A stretch of DNA of 64,000 nucleotides from Octopus vulgaris (GCA_951406725.2 OX597816.1:95728001-95792000), one strand, 5' to 3'. Positions 27,272 through 42,139 are shown, numbered from the stretch's first letter. The notes: generated by a model not told the origin, from the letters alone. Program-made: numbers and translations.

Positions 27272-28186
27272 TACAAGGTGGTATCAAAAAAAGCTCTCGG
27301 ACTAGTTCTGTAGCTCGCCAACAGATGGCGGCACAAGGCTGCGTGTGCAGTGAGAGCTAGTAGTGACCTTCGTGAGGCAATGTGCCGAGTGACATTGCTG
27401 TGTTTACTTCGTAAGCTGCGAAATTTATGCTTTTGTGATCACGTGTATACTGTAGTCTGCGATTTTGTCATGGACAGAAAGTTGGAACAAAGAGCCAACG
27501 TGAAATTTTGCGTTAAACTTCGGAAGTCTGATACAGAGACATTGAACATGCTTCGGCAAGCTTACAGTGACGTGGCACTGGATCGTACGCAATGTTTCAA
27601 GTGGTACGGGCGTTTCAAAAACAGAACAACGTACCTGGAAGACGATCTGGAAGACCTGCCATGAGCTTCATCCTCGGAAATGCGGAGAAAACTCATCACC
27701 TTGTGCATGAGGATCGTCGGAGGACAATCAACGACATTTTAAAGCGTTTCAGGGAGGACATTCGCCGAAAGCGACCGGATCTGTAGAGCGCGAAGAATTG
27801 GATTCGTTATGACGACAATGCACCTTATCAGCAAGCTCTCCTCACTCGTAAGTTTCTCGCCAAAAACAACATGGTATCACTTCCATACCCACCCTATTTG
27901 CCTGATTTAGCACCAGCGGACTTCTATCTCTTCCCCAAGATGAAAATGCAACTCAAAGATCACCGTTTTAACACCGTTGTCGAAATCAAAAGCGTATCGC
28001 AGAAGGTCCTCGACTCGCTTACGCAAAACGACTTCAAAATCGGATTCCAAACGTGACAGGAATGCTGGGACCGGTATATAGCTGCACAGGGTGACTATTT
28101 CAAAGAAGATAATGTTAAAACTCTGGTAAATAAGTTATCGTTTATAAAACATAACTTGTCCTGGAACTTTTTGATAGCACCTCGTA
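27272..28186 (+). mobile_element. mariner element, internally deleted, both TIRs and TA TSDs
   Basis: TA-CAAGGTGGTATCAAAAA...TTTTTGATAGCACCTCG-TA; MDRKLEQRANVKFCVKL, RSGRP, YDDNAP, YPPYLPDLAPADFYLF; the WVPHEL/first-Asp region is missing. Confidence 0.95.
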
Positions 28187-28274
28187 TAGTAAATTTAAAT
28201 GTAAGTAGATATTGTAGCAAATGCACAATTTACCTAAACGTAAGTAGGAAATAAAGGTTTATATAACTCAACAC

Positions 28275-28532
28275 GTGGAGGTGCATGGCTTAGTGGTTAG
28301 GGTGTCAGCATCATGAGCGTAAGATTGTGGTTTCGATTCCTGGACCGGACGACGCGTTGTGTTCTTGAGCAAAACACTTCATTTCACGTTGCTCCAATCC
28401 ACTCAGCTAGCAAAAATGAGTAACGCTGCGATGGGCTGGCGTCCCGTCCAGCTGGGGAACACATACGCCATTGAAACAGGAAATCGGGCCCATGAGCCTG
28501 GCTAGGCTTTAAAAGGCGCATTTATTTGATAT
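28275..28532 (+). mobile_element. SINE family C (tRNA head plus conserved-domain body) with 13-bp TSD
   Basis: A box TGGCTTAGTGG, B box GTTTCGATTCC; TSD TATAACTCAACAC at 28262-28274 and 28533-28545. Confidence 0.9.
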
Positions 28533-29577
28533 TATAACTCAACACAGAAATTAGCAGGAATACCGTAGACTAGATGAGAACGTTCCGATCTATTTCAATT
28601 CGGAGGAAAATTTATTTAGCAAGAAAAACTACCTGCTATAAATATACAGACGGATATATGCGTCTTATTTTCTTAAATATATAGAAACCGGAGATAAATA
28701 GCTCTCTTCTAGCTAAAAGTTTCTACTAAAGTATTGTAGGAATTAATCTTAGTCTACTTGCGGTTATGTAATAGCGTAAGAGGTTTTACTTAATTTTCTC
28801 TTCGTTTCTCCCCCCGCTCTCTCTCTCCCTCCCTCCACGCCCCACTCTCTCCGACTCGATAATAAAATGGTCTTAACGACACCAGACAATAAAACAAACA
28901 AATTAAAATTGCTTTATCCCATATGTTGTTATTTCTTATTCATTATATATTTTTCTCTACGAATCATTAATTTATTTTAAGAATTCATTTAAACATCCTA
29001 AGCAATGTTTAACCTGGAAGGATCATTAAATATCTACTTAGTGTTGCTAGGCAACCATTAACACTATTTTCCTCACGTAATTTTGAAAAGAAGTACCTTT
29101 TAAAATTTTCCCCATATTTTAACTACTTTGTCTCCGTGTTTTAATTTTGTTCTGGTTTCCACTTAACACGAAATTCTAATGGAGCATGGAATAAGAGAAC
29201 TCATCCTGAAACAGCTTTAATTCCCGCTAAAAGCAACCAACAGGTCATTAATTAAAGACATCATGTTTTCAAAAGATTCTGTAAATCAGGTTTGTAATTG
29301 ATAAATATTTACTAAATTCAGTTAGTCTCCGATTTGCAGGGGGAATAAATTAGAAAGAATCAGATTGGCAGTTTATGGAATATTAATTTCTATTGATTCA
29401 TTAATTTATTCCAGTATATTTTGTGTACTATGACATCAAGTTAATAAATATACTAGATTTATACATAGTCCATACACACATATATAAATCATACAGATAG
29501 ATTGACAGATAAGCTGATAGATGGGTAGAAAAATACATAGAAGGATAGAAGGCAGGTAGATAACGGACAGACAAACG

Positions 29578-29664
<87 letters not shown>

Positions 29665-29894
29665 TTGTAAGTATTTGTGTAATCAATTCTAAGGAATGAA
29701 ACACGCGGACGATTACAACCGAACGGTGTTTGTTTTTAGAGCAAGGTTATATACAAAGCTGATGTCCTTAAGTAAAATGGAAAGACAAGGCATCGGCGGG
29801 GCAATGCATGCCCTACGCGAAGACAAAATTTTCGCAATTTATTCTATGGCTTACAATGCGTTGCTTACCCATGCTTTTTAATTGAACTGAATAA

Positions 29895-30133
29895 TTTTTT
29901 TAAAGTATCACCATTATAGGTATTTATACTTCGGTGAAATTAAATCAGCTCGTAAATAAATGAAACCCTCGCGTCCATCACTGTACGCCCCACACACACA
30001 CACACACAAACAGAGTCGCATATCGCATATCTATGTATGTATTATATATGTATGTACGATAGTGCTCAGTTTTATTTCAAGATCTCTTTCAACATCAACA
30101 AGGTAGGTATGTATGTATGTATGTATGTATGTA

Positions 30134-30164
<31 letters not shown>

Positions 30165-30890
30165 ATTTGTATGTTTTACTTTATGTATGTATTCTCATGC
30201 ATATAGTTGCATATTGCATATCTAGACATGCTCATTTATATTTAAATGATAAACTTCTGGAAAGTTTTACAGATTTTTACAGTTCCAGTAGATTGGAACT
30301 GTAGTCTTCGAATTAGCTTTCTAATTTCTGGTTTTGAGAAGCCTAATTTCTCAAGATTGGTATTTAGGCAGTATGTTACATATCCAAGGGTCCCAATAAT
30401 TACAGTTATAAACTTGAAATTGTAACCTGGATAGGATAACTGCAGATTTCTCAATAGTTCAACGTTGTTTCATTCATCTTCAGCTTTATGTATGTATGTA
30501 TGTATGTATGTATGTATGTATGTATGTATGTATGTACGTGCGTATGTATATGTATATACCCACTCATTTTTACGTGCATAGGTACACCATAGTCTATACA
30601 CACGTAGAAGAGGGTCGATTCATATGAAAAAGAAAGTGAACAAAATGAAATACTTATATTGCATAGAATCTAAGTATTTTCAACGTCTTTCGATGATGGC
30701 AGGTGAATCAGATGTACTGTAATTTGTTGTAGGATACAAATAATATGACTACTTATTTATCGTGAAATATGTAAGTTTGATTTTTCAATTATTTCTTTTT
30801 TTTTAAGTGTCACTATTACAGGTATTTATACTCTAGTAAAATAAAGAAATCAACTCGTAAATAAACGAAACCCTCGAATCCATCACTGTA
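29895..30890. repeat. two copies of a Tc1-like terminal segment (29895-29985 and 30797-30890)
   Basis: About 90 bp of direct similarity, both ending CCATCACTG-TA (reverse complement TA-CAGTG, a Tc1-type TIR start). Confidence 0.55.
30056..30488 (-). mobile_element. short 3' fragment of the same R4/Dong-like family as 20212-22402
   Basis: 30200-30488 aligns with 20405-20700 (VIIGTLGYVTYCLNTNLEKLG); flanked by (TATG)n. Confidence 0.9.
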
Positions 30891-30949
30891 TACACACACA
30901 CACACACACGGTTGCATAGTTATGTATGTATTTATGTATGTTTGAAGAT

Positions 30950-31107
30950 AAACAAACGAGATTTTCATCGGTTCGGGCCATCCCCTCAATGAGTATATCT
31001 GCCAAATTTAGTGAAAATTCGTTCAGCCGTTTTCCAGTAGTTTTGCAATCACACAAAGACGAGTGATTACAATACCCTGCCTTCACTTTACACGCGCAAG
31101 GTAATAA
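30950..31107 (+). mobile_element. possible Helentron-associated (DINE-1/HINE-like) terminal fragment
   Basis: GCCAAATTTAGTGAAAATTCGTTCAGCCGTTTT followed by GATTACAATACCCTGCC...GCAAGGTAATAA subterminal hairpin. Confidence 0.45.
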
Positions 31108-31871
31108 TCTCTGCTATCATCCCATGCTTTACGTTCGAATCTGATCAGACGAACTGTGCACGCACGCGTGTGTGTGTGTGTGTGTGTGTGTACGTGTGGT
31201 GTGTATGCATGTGTGCACATGTCCACGTGCTTCGAATATTTAAGCAAAATTTATTATCTCATAGCTTGACTGTTTCTAGTTTAATTAACATGACTACATT
31301 CGAGTTACCGTGTAAGACAAGATTTGTACAGCTGTGAAGAAAATAAATATTACGTGTGAACGTATTTGTGTATCTTGTGTAAATATAGAAAAAATATGAA
31401 TGGAGTTGAGTTTATGCATTTATTCAATGCATTCTCACACATTTTATATTAATGAATTAATCTGTTATTTAAAGAGATACCTTATAATCAGATTGCATGA
31501 AATTATTTTTAAAAATTCTGGAGGAAAATATTTCAGTTATAAAAACTCCGAGGATTTGATGATATAATTTAAATGTAAATTGAAATCTTGAATAATAGAT
31601 TTATTCATAAACTAAATGGGCGTGAGCGTGTGTTAAATATGTACATTATCTCCACATGTGTTCCTTTGGAATACATAAACTGTATTCAGAGTATCGATGG
31701 ATAATGACAAAATATTTCAAAAGGAAAAAAAAATCAATCACTTTCTTCGGACGCATTTTACGAACTACAAAGGAACAGGTTCTAAATTTCTGTCACATGT
31801 CATACTTCAAATGCCTAACTACACAGGTATATACACATATGTACGTCTAGAAATGTACATTTTTTTATCTC

Positions 31872-31952
<81 letters not shown>

Positions 31953-32195
31953 TTGTCTGTCTGTCTATTATATGTATACATACATACATACATACATACA
32001 TACGTATCGTGAAAAAGTCTTCGGCCACTTCAAACTATTGTAAACTTCTAACAGCCAACTTATAAGTAAGTGTTTCGCATTGCGTTTTGTACAGATGCAA
32101 CATTGGTCCTGTTGGGGTCATTTCAATACCTAATCATTATATTTTCTAGTAGGAGTTCTGAATGAGAGGGGAAGATGCGAGACCACCACCAAAAA

Positions 32196-32566
32196 TGACT
32201 GTACAAAAGTTTTCGGACATCTCACACAAACCAATCAAGATACAGTGTTTAAAACAGAGAAATGTCTGTAATGAAAACTTATTACATAATGTTAATTTCA
32301 AAAGATTACTGTACATTTTTAATAATTTGTATAGCTTCCCTTTGCTTGAATAATTGCTTCGATGCACCTGTGAAGAGAAGCGTACAAATCCTTCGCCATC
32401 TTCACAGATAAGAGATGCCATTCTCTGTGGCTGAGCTCCCACAACTCTTCAAGATTGCATGGATTCTTCTGACGAACTCTTCTCTTTAGTTCTGTCCACA
32501 TTTGCTCAATATTATTTAAGTCAGGGCTCTGAGCTGGCCAATCTGTCAAAACGGTAACACCTTCCT
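32196..32566 (-). mobile_element. Tc1 (DD34E) element 3' end
   Basis: ORF 32319-32549 DWPAQSPDLNNIEQMW...AIIQAKGSYTNY; TIR-like CTGTACAAAAGTTTTCGGACA at about 32199. Confidence 0.9.
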
Positions 32567-32635
32567 ATCTATATGTATGTATGAATATATATAAATATAT
32601 AGATATATAAATAGCTATATAGATAGAAATATAGA

Positions 32636-32708
<73 letters not shown>

Positions 32709-32756
32709 GAATTGTGTACATGTATATGCATATGTGTGTGTGTATGTCTAAATGTT

Positions 32757-33584
32757 TACGAGATACATCCTAGAAGTTTTGAGACTTTTTTTTAGGAGAG
32801 ACAGCTATATCTGTCGTAGATTTTTGTAATTTTAGTATATCATTACTATACATCTAATAAGTCGACCTGCCAACTTTTGCTATTCCAGATGAAGGAGACA
32901 GGTGCAACAGCACTTTCAAAGCACCCTGTTAAACATTACTTGTCACAACTGACTAATTTGCAGAATACAATCGGTAAGTGAAGGGAGGTTGGAAGCTCAC
33001 TATGCAATAACGTTTTACATTAAACAGCGCAAAAACGCTACAGAAACCTATAAAATGCTTCAGAATGCTTATGGATTAATTTGTATGAACCAAGTATGTC
33101 TTTCGCTGGCACAAGAGTCCCGGCAAAGCAAATCCACTGGTAGTTAGGGCATTATCTACATCCACCGGGTTCTTTCTGACCAGAGGTCAACAAAGAGTTC
33201 TTTGTGGACATTATGATGGAGTTCAGGAAGAGATTTAGCCACAAACAGGCTCTAGCACCTGCGCCAATACCATGTACAATATACCAGTCTACAATTCCAT
33301 CCTGGTATCCAAGTACAGGACAGAGATGGGTGTCAAAAGTGTCCCTCACTCTCCCTTCAATCCAGCCCTTGTTTCCTTTGATTTTTTTTTTTGCCAAGCT
33401 GAAAGAGAAGATGAAAGGGGTGTGATAAGGGTTCTGAACACCTAATTTTGGAGAGCACACATGGGGCCTTCATGAAGTGGTTGGAGCGCTATAATAGGTG
33501 CACTGAAGTCAGGGGATCCTACTTTGAAGAAATGAATAAATATCTCGTCTGAAAAAGTCTCAAAACTTCTAGAAAGCACATTGC
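32757..33584 (+). mobile_element. degraded mariner element with TIRs
   Basis: TAGAAGTTTTGAGACTTTT / AAAAGTCTCAAAACTTCTA; KNATETYKMLQNAYG and KWLERYNRCTEVRGSYFE fragments. Confidence 0.85.
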
Positions 33585-34100
33585 ACACACACACGTGCAT
33601 GCAAATGTGTATGAGTTTGTGTGTGGTTACTTTAGCTAGTACATCACATCTAGTTATCCAAAATTCACGTTCACTATTACCAAACAGGATTAGTGCAATG
33701 CGAATCTAGTCTGTGCGAATCAAAATATAAATTTAGGTTTGATTACAGTGTAATGAAGTAAACATATATCTTCCATCGGTTTTCAAAATTGAATATTCCA
33801 AATATTAAATCGTTTTAGATGATGCTGTCATTTCAGTGATTCACTGCTTAACAATAAAACAGATGATTGTTACGTCAAAGTAATTTGGATGCAGAATCAG
33901 CATAACATTATTTGTGAGAAAATTCGCTTCTTCAATTACAGATAGAAATTATCCATTGGCGGTTTCAAAGCAATGGTTGGAAAATATCTGTTCAGGATGC
34001 CGCATAGTGGAAGCTAACTCAGGACATTATTATTGAAAAGTAAAATTGTTTAATCAATCGACCTTTCTGTGTTCTAAACATGCACACACACACACTCTCT

Positions 34101-34165
<65 letters not shown>

Positions 34166-34472
34166 GCACATACATACACACACACACAAACACAGTCGAG
34201 ATTAATTTCTATGCAAGCAGTCATAGTGTTAACATGAGCAGGTCTCCCTCGCACGCTAAACTGGACGTTTTTTCCGAACTCTTTTTCTGTTTTCTTTTTC
34301 TTTCATTAGTTCTAACTTGTTATTCATCACTTTTATTCACCTATTTTCCATTCTTTGGCCTCTTCTACATTCGTCTGCGAACTGTTTCAAAGCAAATACT
34401 ATTTAAACTTTGTTCCTAATGTAATACAAAATCATGTACATGCATATATGCTTAAATACATATATACATATG

Positions 34473-34530
<58 letters not shown>

Positions 34531-34643
34531 GGAAAATTTTCCTTTTTTATATATCACCACTCGTGTTCGACATCTCCTTTTTTTAAATATATATATATAT
34601 ATATATATATAATTGATATACATATATAAAGTGCATGTGTATG

Positions 34644-34684
<41 letters not shown>

Positions 34685-34717
34685 AATAGATATACATATA
34701 TAAAGTGCGTGTGTATG

Positions 34718-34764
<47 letters not shown>

Positions 34765-34772
<8 letters not shown>

Positions 34773-34939
34773 ATTAGGGCTTAGTAAAATAAATTACTTT
34801 GCCACATACTGAACTTTCGAGAAATAGCAGCAAAAAGTTTTTTAGCCATTTCAACTGGCTAAAAAACTTTTTGGCTGCTATTTCTCGAAAGTTCAGTATG
34901 TGGCAAAGTATTTATTTTACTAAGCCCTAATTATATAAT
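34765..34939. repeat. near-perfect 84-bp-arm palindrome within a (TA)n-embedded insert (to about 35030)
   Basis: Arms 34765-34848 and 34856-34939, loop TTTCAAC; both arms contain GAAATAGCAGC. Confidence 0.95.
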
Positions 34940-35026
34940 GTAATATTTTGAATTCGCCTCAAATGGTCCTTTTACAAATACTTGGTGAAATTGATTAATA
35001 ACTAATTAATTTTACCCTCAATTGTT

Positions 35027-35072
<46 letters not shown>

Positions 35073-37377
35073 ATACATATATAAAGTGTGTGTGTATGTA
35101 TGTATATATATATATGTATATATGTATGTATGTATGCATGCATGTATGTATGTATGTTTTTTTTGTATACATACGACCCCAACAGCACAGTTCTTGTTAT
35201 CAGTTTTTAATTGCTAATTGACAAACAATGTTACTTGTAAAAAATGCTTCATTGGAAAACCACCAAACCGTAAGGCTTAACGGCAGCCAACTTTTAAAGT
35301 TATGTGAGAAGACAATGCTTTTGTGAACTGAATTTTTTCAACAATTTATTTGCCTACTATTAAAGTGTTAGTTGATTTTTCCAATAATGACGTTAAGATG
35401 TTTTGGTGTTTCCAATACAAAAATACGCTTTTGGAATTCTTCCTACAATTCTTATTACATTATTGAAAATTTCTCTTTCTAACAAAGCACAACAATGGTT
35501 TTTGCTTTTTGTTATTTTGTTTAAGAGTTTGGTCAGGGCAATGGTCAATTGATTTAGCTAGTTTATGGCATCATTAATATTTGAACTTCCAGTTTACACT
35601 TCGAAAGAACTGACTATTTTATTTAATAATATAAGAATGTTATAAATTAGATCATGTTGCTGTTGTTATTAGTTACACATGAACTACATTTGAACTAACC
35701 ATTCAACTGTGACTATTACATCGTTCCAGAAGTATGTGAAACAACATTATCAGGTGTAACTTTTCTAATTTCAGATGTTAATGCATGATTTAAGGGATAT
35801 TTGGCAGCTGTTTTTAATAGATCTAGCGACAACATTGATGTATGCATGTATAAGTATAACGTGTGTATAGAGTATATATAATCTCATCTACAGTCGTCTT
35901 ACCTCATTTAACAAAACTAAGGTTGTCTGAAATATGTAAAGTGTCCAGATTTAAAGTGTCGGTAATACATATAATGTCATTAAGGTTACAATATCTTTGT
36001 CTCGCTATAAATTTCAGTCAGTTAACCAGAAGATAGAGTTCATTATTGTAGACAGAAGGAGCACTCGATTATGTATAACTAATAAACAGGGTAGATGAGA
36101 GCGGAAATTCTCTAGAAAAATTAATATCCATCTAAACACCTCGTATATACAGTAATTGAAATGATGAATCCACCTTTCATGATATTCAGTCTCTAGGCTT
36201 TGCCAATAGCTAATGGGAATATATCCATCAGTTAATACATGTTAAAGAAACACTAACCAGTTATAATGTTCTTTCTTACTTACAATAATGACGTGTGCAT
36301 ATATTCCAGACAGAATAACTGGTTTAACTTAAGCATACATATTTACAGAGTGAGGAACTAATTGGGCTTAGTTCAGCCAGCACAAGTTACAAGATACAAA
36401 TTGTGAATCATTTCGTGTCGATATTCTGACTACCTGTAATCACAGTTAAGTACGATCTTATGGCAAGATTTTTAATACACATCTACTGCAGTTATTATTC
36501 CTTTCTAACTATAACTAGTGCCACTCATGTTAAGACATCGGTCATCGTAGGTTTTTTTTTTTTTTTGTATCATTATCAGCGTGTATGATTTCCAAATGAC
36601 TAGTTTCTTTGTTCCTACTGAAATTCATTTACTCTTTTGTGAATCTTCAAACTAATTTTTCATCCAGCATATGTTTTTGTCTCGTCGATCCCACAATGAG
36701 ACATTCCCTCCTAAATAAGAGGTTAAACTCTCACATGTAAGATTGTCAAATTGATGTGATACTTCTGATCATGATGTGAACTGAGATAATGTGAAAGAAA
36801 GTTGTTTCTTTTTTCTGTATCAGAAATAGATCGGATCACTGAGCTCCATGAGTAGGAAATCCGTTTCGTTGTTCATTCAGCCATCTCACTTCAACAAATC
36901 ATATATAATATAAATAATTTTACTATAAAAATCTCTCTTTAAACTCTTTTGTTCCTTTCTTAATGTCTATAGGAACTTCGTAGATAAAACTTTCAGTTTT
37001 CACCTGTTCTCTATCTTATCTCACCAAACTTTATTATACTTAGAGTAATGACAGCAAGTGTAGGATAGACCTCTTCATGTCCATCAATTAAATTGAATAC
37101 TTTCGCTCTTATCCGAAAGTAAAGTTTGTAGCAATGATAAATTCTTATATGTATAATATCTTTATCCAGTTTCTGTGAGGAAAGAATACTATTTCTATTT
37201 CTGGACTGGTTCCAACTTCCTGTTTGCGAAAGTGGCTTGGGAATTTTCCTTTTAACATCACACAAAGATTTTTCTTTTATTGCAATCAATAAGCACAAAA
37301 CTACGCATAGTGAATTAGTAATACATTTTCTATTGATTAGGAATTTACGGCAAAACACGCGGAAAACGCAGATACAT

Positions 37378-37435
<58 letters not shown>

Positions 37436-37852
37436 ACACACCATCACCACCACCACCTTCCAAACGTTCTGATACAAACACAAACAAGAGCTACGCACAA
37501 ATACATAAACATACACATAGACATACTTATTTATTCATGCACACAATCACATTCACAAAAAAAGATATAATGGTTTTGAATGTTATAAACATGATGTGAA
37601 GATTCCTAGACTCACTGTTGCTGGACTTTGCATCGTCAACTTGAATTTGGAGTTCAGTTTCTGTTTGCGTCAACATGCCTTTCATTTCTCAATAGCTGTT
37701 AGAATAAGTATCAGTTATATACTGGATTTCATCCAGTCTGTCATAGCAAAAGATGCTGTTATGTTTTCAGTAATCAGTTAAGATACGATGTCGACTAGAA
37801 TAGGGACACGTCCTTACTGAAAATCAGATTGCACGCGTAGAAAGAATAAAAC

Positions 37853-38418
37853 TACGAGGGTGAGTCAAAACGTAATGTCATTTTGTTTAGGACAGGTATA
37901 ATTACCATCTCAGGAACATGTATCATACATCAAAATGAAGTTGGTCCTCTGTGGATCACATCCTTACTTCTCAACATAGTTACCGTTTCTCTCAATAGCA
38001 ATGTTCCACCTTCGAATGAGAGTATGTATCCCTGCCCCGTAAAATTCTGTTGACTATTCTTTGAGCCACTTCCCTACAGTTTTCGCTTCCTCGACACTGG
38101 AATTATGTTTGCCTCTCAAACCCTCTTTCATGGGGCCGAAGAGATGATAGCCTGAAAGCGCTAAATCTGGTGACGAGGAAGTGAGAACTGTCGTGAAGAA
38201 GTGGCTCAAAGAACAGTCAACAGAATTTTACGGGGCAGGGATACATGCTCTCATTCGAAGGTGGAACATTGCTAGTGAGAGAAACGGTGACTATGTTGAG
38301 AAATAGGGATATGATCCACAGAGGACCAGCTTCATTTTGATGTATGATACCATGTTCCTGTGTTGGTAGTTATACCTGTCCTAAACAAAATGGCATTACC
38401 TTTTGACTCACCCTCGTA
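37853..38418. mobile_element. mariner foldback element made of two right ends
   Basis: TA-CGAGGGTGAGTCAAAA...TTTTGACTCACCCTCG-TA with about 245-bp inverted arms. The right arm encodes DEEVRTVVKKWLKEQSTEFYGAGIHALIRRWNIASERNGDYVEK* (mariner C-terminus). Confidence 0.93.
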
Positions 38419-39596
38419 CAATATTAACTTTTACTCATTCAATGAATTAGAAAAGTTACTTCATAAAAGGTACTTAGTTTCTTTTGATTTTTGATAAACA
38501 AAAAGATGCAGGGAGTGCATAAGTGGTCTAAAAATGGTGCTGTAGTGGCCACAATACAAGTTCAATTCCGCAATTGGGAGTTAAAATACCAAAACTCATT
38601 CAACCCAACTCATCTTGAGATTTCAAACTTCTGGAAAAACGCATTTATGAAAGGTATTGTTCGGATAAGTTTGGTGATACAACTTTTACTATTTCGGAAT
38701 GTAGTAGCTGGTTGACTGCTACCACTGAAGATATTTGATGTTATCAACGTTAGTATGACACTGGTATTTATTTTGCGATATAAAAAGATAAAAGTTAAGT
38801 TGAATTAAGCAAATTTTGAAATGACTGTGTTGAGAGGTGACACGACTAAAAACTAAAGAAAGATAAAGGCAGTCTTTTCCTGGAACAGAGTTATATTTCA
38901 TGGATTCCAACTATATATAGCATATTACTGGCACTTATTTAAATTATACTAAAACATAGATGAGTTAAAGGAAAAAATTGGCAGAATTTCAACTGAAGGT
39001 ACTTAGTTTCTTTTGATTTTTGACAAATAAAGGAAACAATAAGACACTGAGGCTCTTCTTTTTCTCTCACGTCATTGTCTTCTTTATTTGAGCACATTAA
39101 TCCCTTATTTTTGTATAAGGTCACAAAATTCTAAAGGGGAATGCAGTCAGTCTAGTTTATAATTGAGACATATCTTAGTAATTCCGATGGTGTGAATAAA
39201 AATCAATCATGGCGGGATTTGAACTCAGAACATAAAGAAACAAATTAAATATTGACTTATAATAAAGGTACACGGTGGCAAAGTTAGAAGAAAGGAACAA
39301 TCACATAATGTGAACTTGAGTGAAAACCAACAGGATGAAAATCAGTAGAGGTACGATTTAAACTTATAACCTAAACGGACGTAAGGCAAGGAACCTAAAA
39401 GGACGTCCGACATCATACCGTTTCTGGCATTCTAAAACCCTCCTGTTGTTTTCCAAAACGAAAAGTTTTTGTCGTCGAAGTAAGCATAAATTGGTAATAT
39501 CGGTTGATTGTAGACCTTCTGTCTTGTTCTATTGTAGGTAGATATTTATTAGGACATTGATAGTAGAATATATTTTGGAAGAAATTGTTTTCTATA

Positions 39597-39807
39597 AAAA
39601 TTGCAGCGTAGGTGTTTATAAGCCATTTAAAAACACACAAAAACCGTTAGATTCACTTCAACATTTAAATTAAATTTAAATGTTGAAGTAAATCTAACAG
39701 CTTTTGTGTGTTTTTAAATGACTTATAAACATCTTCCATACCGCAATTGTTTTTGTTTCAGCATACGATTTCAAATCAGGTCACTTGCTATGCAAGTACA
39801 TCTCTGT
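39597..39807. mobile_element. DNA-transposon end fused head-to-head, forming a 60-bp-arm palindrome
   Basis: 39611-39670 is the inverted complement of 39674-39733 with a few mismatches; the right side continues to ...GTACATCTCTGT. Confidence 0.7.
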
Positions 39808-40543
39808 TTTATATAACTGTCTATAAATTAAATAGATTTCCAAATTTATACTATGAAAGTAGGATGTACTACTTATGTACCATTAATTTCACATACCCTG
39901 GTAATAATCAAACTTCCCTTTAACTAAAGAAGCACTTTATTATTTAATATTTTTTACTCATAATGAAATCTAATTTCTTGTTCCTCTGAGCAATATGTCT
40001 ATGGTCCTTTTCTTCTTTTTCTCTTCCGAAACTTTAAAAATAGAAAAGTTCTCATGACTTGACAGTTTTATAACACGCTGTCTGAAGACCATAAATTAGC
40101 TTCCATGACACTAAAACTAACAGACTGGCAATCGGTCAGACTTTTATATTAAGCTATCATATCTGATAAGGCACATTATAATAAGTATGACGTCGATATA
40201 TTCTCCAATCTATTATATAGATTCTCCTTCTTCTATTTGTAAGCTCTCTCCATGGCAGTAGAAGTTTATCCCGAACACTTATATGCTCCACAAAAAGAGT
40301 ATGCCAATAGCACAGATGACACAATAGATGGCGTACCGGGTAAAAGAAAGAATAACACAGGTTTCGTTTTCATTAAACGGCACTTAAACTTCAAATAGTC
40401 TGATCAGCCCAATTAAAAATTAAAAACGAGGAAAAAGCAACATGAACGGCCGTAGTTACAAAAATTCAAAGTATTTATCATGTTTAACACTCTAGTGATT
40501 TCACCAATGCCCCGATCTAAATTTTGTTCGGAAAAGCCGTTTG

Positions 40544-41522
<979 letters not shown>

Positions 41523-41530
41523 ATATATAT

Positions 41531-41956
41531 ATTTTACTCTTTTTTACTCTTTTACTTGTTTCAGTCATTTGACTGCGGCCATGCTGGAGCACCGCCTTTA
41601 GTCGAGCAAATCGACCCCGGGACTTATTCTTTGTAAGCCCAGTACTTATTCTATCGGTCTCTTTTGCCGAACCGCTAAGTGACGGGGACGTAAACACACC
41701 AGCATCGGTTGTCAAGCAATACTAGGGGGACAAACACAGACACACAAACATATACACACACATGCTTATATATATATATATATACATATATACGACAGGC
41801 TTCTTTCAGTTTCCGTCTACCAAATCCACTCACAAGGCATTGGTCGGCCCGGGGCTATAGCAGAAGACACTTACCCAAGATGCCACGCAGTGGGACTGAA
41901 CCCGGAACCATGTGGTTGGTTAGCAAGCTACTTACCACACAGCCACTCTTGCGCCT
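41531..41956 (-). mobile_element. SINE family A, full length, young
   Basis: Nearly identical to 58636-59062; (TTTTACTC)n tail. Confidence 0.95.
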
Positions 41957-42033
41957 ATAAAGCTCGAAAGTTTGGGCCAACAGCCAGGTCTTTCGTGATA
42001 CCCTTAAAGCCAGGAACGTTTCAGCACTCCTTC

Positions 42034-42139
<106 letters not shown>

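Noticed and set aside
28275-28350. tRNA-like sequences at SINE heads
   Set aside because: A/B boxes continue into SINE bodies with TSDs; no complete cloverleaf.
41709-41960. Recurring ORFs such as [26 protein letters not shown] (also 52856, 58821)
   Set aside because: Antisense translations of SINE family A, not a gene family.
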